Positions 60,187 through 64,000 of a DNA stretch of 64,000 bases are shown here, one piece after another. The notes under the pieces are model-generated. The model did not search any database, had not been told where the DNA came from, and saw only the letters and a program-made list of their open reading frames with translations. Origin of the DNA: Candidatus Latescibacterota bacterium. Lineage in GTDB: Bacteria; Latescibacterota; UBA2968. The translations under genes were made by a program, and so were the position numbers. The number at the start of each line of letters is the position of its first letter. Within the stretch, counting starts at the first letter, position 1. The stretch covers positions 1,984,001-2,048,000 of the forward strand of contig OZ241986.1 in NCBI GenBank assembly GCA_965204375.1, written 5' to 3'.

Positions 60187-61536
60187 ATGTCGAACCCCCG
60201 TCCAAATATCCTCTGGCTTTTTCTCGAAGATGTGAACCCGTGGATGAGTTGTTACGGCGACCAAACCGTACAAACGCCGAATATAGACACGCTCGCCGCT
60301 TCGGGCGTAAAATTTGATCGGGCGTATCAAACCTCTGGCGTGTGCTCACCTTCTCGCTCGGCAACAATTACCGGGATGTATCAAACGACTATTGGCGCGC
60401 ACAACCACAATAGTTCATACCCCCTTTTACCCGAAGGAATAAAGACAATTCCCGAGTATTTTCGAGACGCCGGATATTACACATTTAACGAAGGCAAAAC
60501 GCATTACAATTTTGTCTTTGATTTAGATGTTTTATTTAACCACCATGGGAGCATGGATTTCAAAGGGGCAAAAGATGGAAGCGACTGGTCCGGATGTTCC
60601 CCTGATCAACCGTTCTTCGGGCAAATTCAGCTTCGGGGTGGCAAAAGCATAGGCCTGCTCAAAGGACCGGGCATTGATCCCGCCTCAGTACCCGTGCCAT
60701 CGTTCTATCCCGATCACGAAATCATCCGCAGAGAAATTGCCCTGCACTACGATTGTATCTCGCACACAGACCGTCAGGTGGGATGGATTTTGAAGCGATT
60801 AGAAGAAGATGGATTGCGCGAAAACACGATTATATTTTTATTTAGCGACCACGGGATGCGGTTGCCACGGCACAAGCAATTTATTTACGAAGGTGGTCAC
60901 AAAGTCCCATTGATGATTTCCTGGCAGAGCAATACAGATATCGTAGCCCCCGGAAGTGTGCGCTCCGACCTCGTCAGCGGCATTGACATCGGTCCGACCT
61001 CTCTCGCGCTTGCCGGCCTCGATGTGCCCGATTACATGGAAGGTCAAAATCTGTTTGGCGAACACTTTGTCGAACGGGACTATGTAATTGCCGCAAAAGA
61101 CCGCTGCGATTTTACTATAGATCGCATGCGCACAGTGCGCACCCAGCGGTATCGCTATGTGCGGAACTTCATGACAGATCGTCCCTTTATGCAGGCGCAG
61201 TACCGCGATGGATCGGATTATATGGAACTGATACGCACCATGAATGCCAACGGCGAACTCACGCCCGAACAGGCATTTTTCTGGGCAGAAGAACGCATCG
61301 CAGAAGAATTTTACGATTGTGACGCCGATCCCGAAGAAGTGAACAACCTCGTAGATGATCCAGACCATGCCGAAGCCTTGCAACACCACCGCGATATTCT
61401 GACACAGTGGATTGCACAGACCGATGACAAAGGCCAATATCCCGAACCCGAAATCGGCTTGCGATGGGTGCTGAAACAGTGGGGAGATAAGTGTGTGAAT
61501 CCGGAATATGATAAAATAAAAAAGGAGACAAAATGA
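60187..61536 (+). CDS. Formylglycine-dependent sulfatase (S1)
   Basis: RPNILW, CSPSR and SDHG motifs. Confidence 0.92.
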   Translation: MSNPRPNILWLFLEDVNPWMSCYGDQTVQTPNIDTLAASGVKFDRAYQTSGVCSPSRSATITGMYQTTIGAHNHNSSYPLLPEGIKTIPEYFRDAGYYTFNEGKTHYNFVFDLDVLFNHHGSMDFKGAKDGSDWSGCSPDQPFFGQIQLRGGKSIGLLKGPGIDPASVPVPSFYPDHEIIRREIALHYDCISHTDRQVGWILKRLEEDGLRENTIIFLFSDHGMRLPRHKQFIYEGGHKVPLMISWQSNTDIVAPGSVRSDLVSGIDIGPTSLALAGLDVPDYMEGQNLFGEHFVERDYVIAAKDRCDFTIDRMRTVRTQRYRYVRNFMTDRPFMQAQYRDGSDYMELIRTMNANGELTPEQAFFWAEERIAEEFYDCDADPEEVNNLVDDPDHAEALQHHRDILTQWIAQTDDKGQYPEPEIGLRWVLKQWGDKCVNPEYDKIKKETK

Positions 61537-63233
61537 CCAGACCAAATATTCTCGTGATCTTGACCGACGATCAGGGTTGGGGTGATTTGAGTGTACACGG
61601 CAACACAAATCTCAACACGCCAAATGTGGATTCTCTCGCACGAGATGGCGCGCTATTCGACCGGTTTTACGTCTGCCCGGTATGCGCGCCCACGCGAGCA
61701 GAATTTTTGACAGGACGCTATCATCTGCGCGGCGGTGTCCACGGCGTAAGCACGGGTGCCGAGCGACTAAACCTCGATGAAACAACAATTGCCGACGTGT
61801 TCAAAGCCGCTGGATACGCCACGGGTGCTTATGGCAAGTGGCACAATGGAACGCAACATCCCTATCATCCGAACGCACGGGGATTTGACGAATTTTTTGG
61901 ATTCTGTTCCGGACACTGGGGACAATATTTCGATGCCGAACTCGAGCACAACGGCGAACTCACGCGCGGAACGGGATATTTACCCGATGAATGTACAGAC
62001 CGCGCCATGGATTTTATGGCGGCAAATGTCGAACGCGGCCAACCGTTCTTCTGTTACCTCCCCTACAATATCCCACACACCCCATTTCAGGTACCAGACG
62101 AATTTTACGATCCATTCCGCGACAAACCGATAGAGATGCTGGCGACCAACCCCGATCAGGAAGAGATAGTCCGCACACGAGCGGCACTGGCACTATGTGA
62201 AAACATCGATTGGAACGTGGGGCGATTACTGGACAAACTCGACGAATTGGAAATCGCGGAAGACACCATTGTATTTTATTTTGGAGACAATGGTCCCAAT
62301 GGTGCGCGATGGAATGGCGGGATGAAAGGCACAAAAGGATCCACAGATGAAGGCGGCGTGCGCGTGGCGGGCTTGATGCGCTGGAAGGGGCATATTCAAG
62401 CGGGTACAGTAATTGAAGAAATCGCCGGAGCAATTGATTTATTGCCCACATTTGCCGACCTCGCGGGTATCGACTTAAAAGTTGAAAAACCCATAGATGG
62501 TCGCAGCCTCAAACCCCTGCTATTGGGCGAAGATGTCGAATGGTCTGACCGCATCATCCTATCACACCAGCGGGCACAATTGAGCGCACGCAATCAGCGA
62601 TTCCGATTGGACATAGAGGGCAAGTTGTACGATATGGCCGCCGATGGTGGACAGACAACAGATGTGTCAAAAGAACATCCCGATGTCCACGCAAAATTGT
62701 CAGATGCAGCGGCAAAATTTCACGCCGAAGTCTTGCCCGTCCACGACGACCGCCCCTTTGCCACGGGCTACTGGGAAACGACCCGCTTGCCCGCCCGAGA
62801 TGGGGTGCATCACGGCACAGTCCAGCGCAGTGCCGGCGCGCCCAACTGCTCGTATTTCACGCACTGGACCCAGGTAGGTGATCGGATGACATGGGAGATT
62901 GAAGTCGGCACAACGGGCGACTATGAAGCAGCGGTTTATTATACATGCCCTGAAGAAGATGTAGGATCAACCGTCGAGCTGGTATTTCATCCCGCACAAG
63001 GACAGGCAACACAAGTGCAAGGACAGGTGACCGACGCACACGACCCACCACTAATCGGCGCAGCAGATGACCGCTGGCCGCGCGGCGGCGAGTCTTACGT
63101 GAAGGATTTTGAGCCATTGACACTGGGAACAATCCACCTGAACGAAGGCAGAGGCACATTGACCTTGCGCGCCCTTGACGTACCCCATTCACAGGTAATG
63201 GATGTGCGGCGCGTGATGCTGATCCGCAGATGA
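61533..63233 (+). CDS. Arylsulfatase (S1) with a C-terminal beta-sandwich domain
   Basis: RPNILVILTDDQG, CAPTR, GKWH and GDNGP motifs. Confidence 0.92.
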   Translation: MTRPNILVILTDDQGWGDLSVHGNTNLNTPNVDSLARDGALFDRFYVCPVCAPTRAEFLTGRYHLRGGVHGVSTGAERLNLDETTIADVFKAAGYATGAYGKWHNGTQHPYHPNARGFDEFFGFCSGHWGQYFDAELEHNGELTRGTGYLPDECTDRAMDFMAANVERGQPFFCYLPYNIPHTPFQVPDEFYDPFRDKPIEMLATNPDQEEIVRTRAALALCENIDWNVGRLLDKLDELEIAEDTIVFYFGDNGPNGARWNGGMKGTKGSTDEGGVRVAGLMRWKGHIQAGTVIEEIAGAIDLLPTFADLAGIDLKVEKPIDGRSLKPLLLGEDVEWSDRIILSHQRAQLSARNQRFRLDIEGKLYDMAADGGQTTDVSKEHPDVHAKLSDAAAKFHAEVLPVHDDRPFATGYWETTRLPARDGVHHGTVQRSAGAPNCSYFTHWTQVGDRMTWEIEVGTTGDYEAAVYYTCPEEDVGSTVELVFHPAQGQATQVQGQVTDAHDPPLIGAADDRWPRGGESYVKDFEPLTLGTIHLNEGRGTLTLRALDVPHSQVMDVRRVMLIRR

Positions 63234-63277
63234 AAACCAAGAGAATCCGCAGATGAACGCAGATAGACGCAGATGAA
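63222..63277. repeat. Decamer array (reverse complement of ATCTGCGTYY...ATCTGCGGAT) overlapping the sulfatase stop
   Basis: atccgcagatga...atccgcagatgaacgcagatagacgcagatgaa. Confidence 0.75.
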
Positions 63278-63412
63278 GGCGAGGGATCTGAACAGGACGC
63301 CAAGTTGCGGCTAAATGAAGAATTTCACTTGACAGTGGAATTCTTTTCTTTATATTGCAGGAAAGGCTTTCATGTAATTTTTTTAATCAAACGCAACTCT
63401 TTGCCAGTAATT

Positions 63413-63997
63413 ATGAAATACAAGCTCAAAGACATCGCCCTTGTTCAGATGGGCCTTTCCTTTCGATCCCGCATTGAGCCGGACGCGGATGGAAATGTGG
63501 CTGTCATTCAGATGCGCGATCTGACCGAAGATAACAAATTGGATTATCGCACTCTCACGACCGTCAACATCAACGGCATCGATGAACGCCATCTGGTCGA
63601 ATGCAAAGATTTGGTTTTCCGCTCTCGAGGTAGAACTACTACTGCCGCAATTATCGACCAGGAACCAGGTCAAGCAGTTGTTGCGGCCCCGTTGTTTCTC
63701 ATTCGGGCTACAAGCGAAAAAGTACTTCCTGAGTATCTATACTGGTTTATCAACCTGTCCTCATCTCAAGCATTTTTACACAGCAGGGCGACCGGAACGA
63801 TGATGATTATGATAGGCAAATCGGCTCTCGATGCTTTGGAAATCCCTCTCCCCAATCTTGAAACACAGAAGCAAATCGTCACCCTCGCCGATTTGTTAAA
63901 TAAGGAACAAAGACTGATGAGAGCTTTGGTGGAGCAAAAGGAAAAACTGGTCAAAGCCATTCAGATGCGATTGGCAACTGAATCTGAAAAACCTTAA
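63413..63997 (+). CDS. hsdS: Type I-like restriction-modification specificity subunit, half-size (single TRD)
   Basis: KLKDIA..QMG, DLVFRSRG, LPEYLYWFIN and LEIPLPNLETQKQIV motifs. Confidence 0.75.
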   Translation: MKYKLKDIALVQMGLSFRSRIEPDADGNVAVIQMRDLTEDNKLDYRTLTTVNINGIDERHLVECKDLVFRSRGRTTTAAIIDQEPGQAVVAAPLFLIRATSEKVLPEYLYWFINLSSSQAFLHSRATGTMMIMIGKSALDALEIPLPNLETQKQIVTLADLLNKEQRLMRALVEQKEKLVKAIQMRLATESEKP

Positions 63998-64000
63998 ATC

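Overview
Chromosomal window from a bacterium of moderate GC content. Gene order (hisS-aspS-lipoprotein-LysM-phoH-7TM/HDIG-ybeY-hemolysin) and the catabolic/sulfatase load suggest an FCB-group organism such as Latescibacterota or Gemmatimonadota; this is inference only. It holds about 50 CDS: catabolic enzymes, an Opp/Dpp-type ABC importer operon, three ABC exporters, housekeeping genes, two sulfatases and the start of a type I-like R-M locus. There are four tRNAs (Gly-GCC, fMet-CAT, His-GTG, Arg-TCT) and one non-autonomous IS200/IS605 element with an intact tnpB and IS608-like ends. The most unusual signal is a dispersed intergenic repeat system. Its core is a hairpin with a conserved 3-nt bulge (GRTG-TAC-AAC-stem-GTT-CATY) whose stem covaries between copies. 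It is embedded in ATCTGCGTYY decamer arrays and occurs alongside GTAG-REP palindromes and a GTCAT-ended MITE. These repeats sit at the ends of accessory genes, including a MenAT-like nucleotidyltransferase pair inside the ABC operon, and in several cases supply gene stop codons. Other points of note: tandem NrdR boxes over the nrdR promoter, an RNase HII-YraN fusion, a beta-propeller-DUF898 fusion, a frameshifted HDIG gene and a PufC-like tetraheme cytochrome. All family assignments come from motif recognition by eye; no database search was run.
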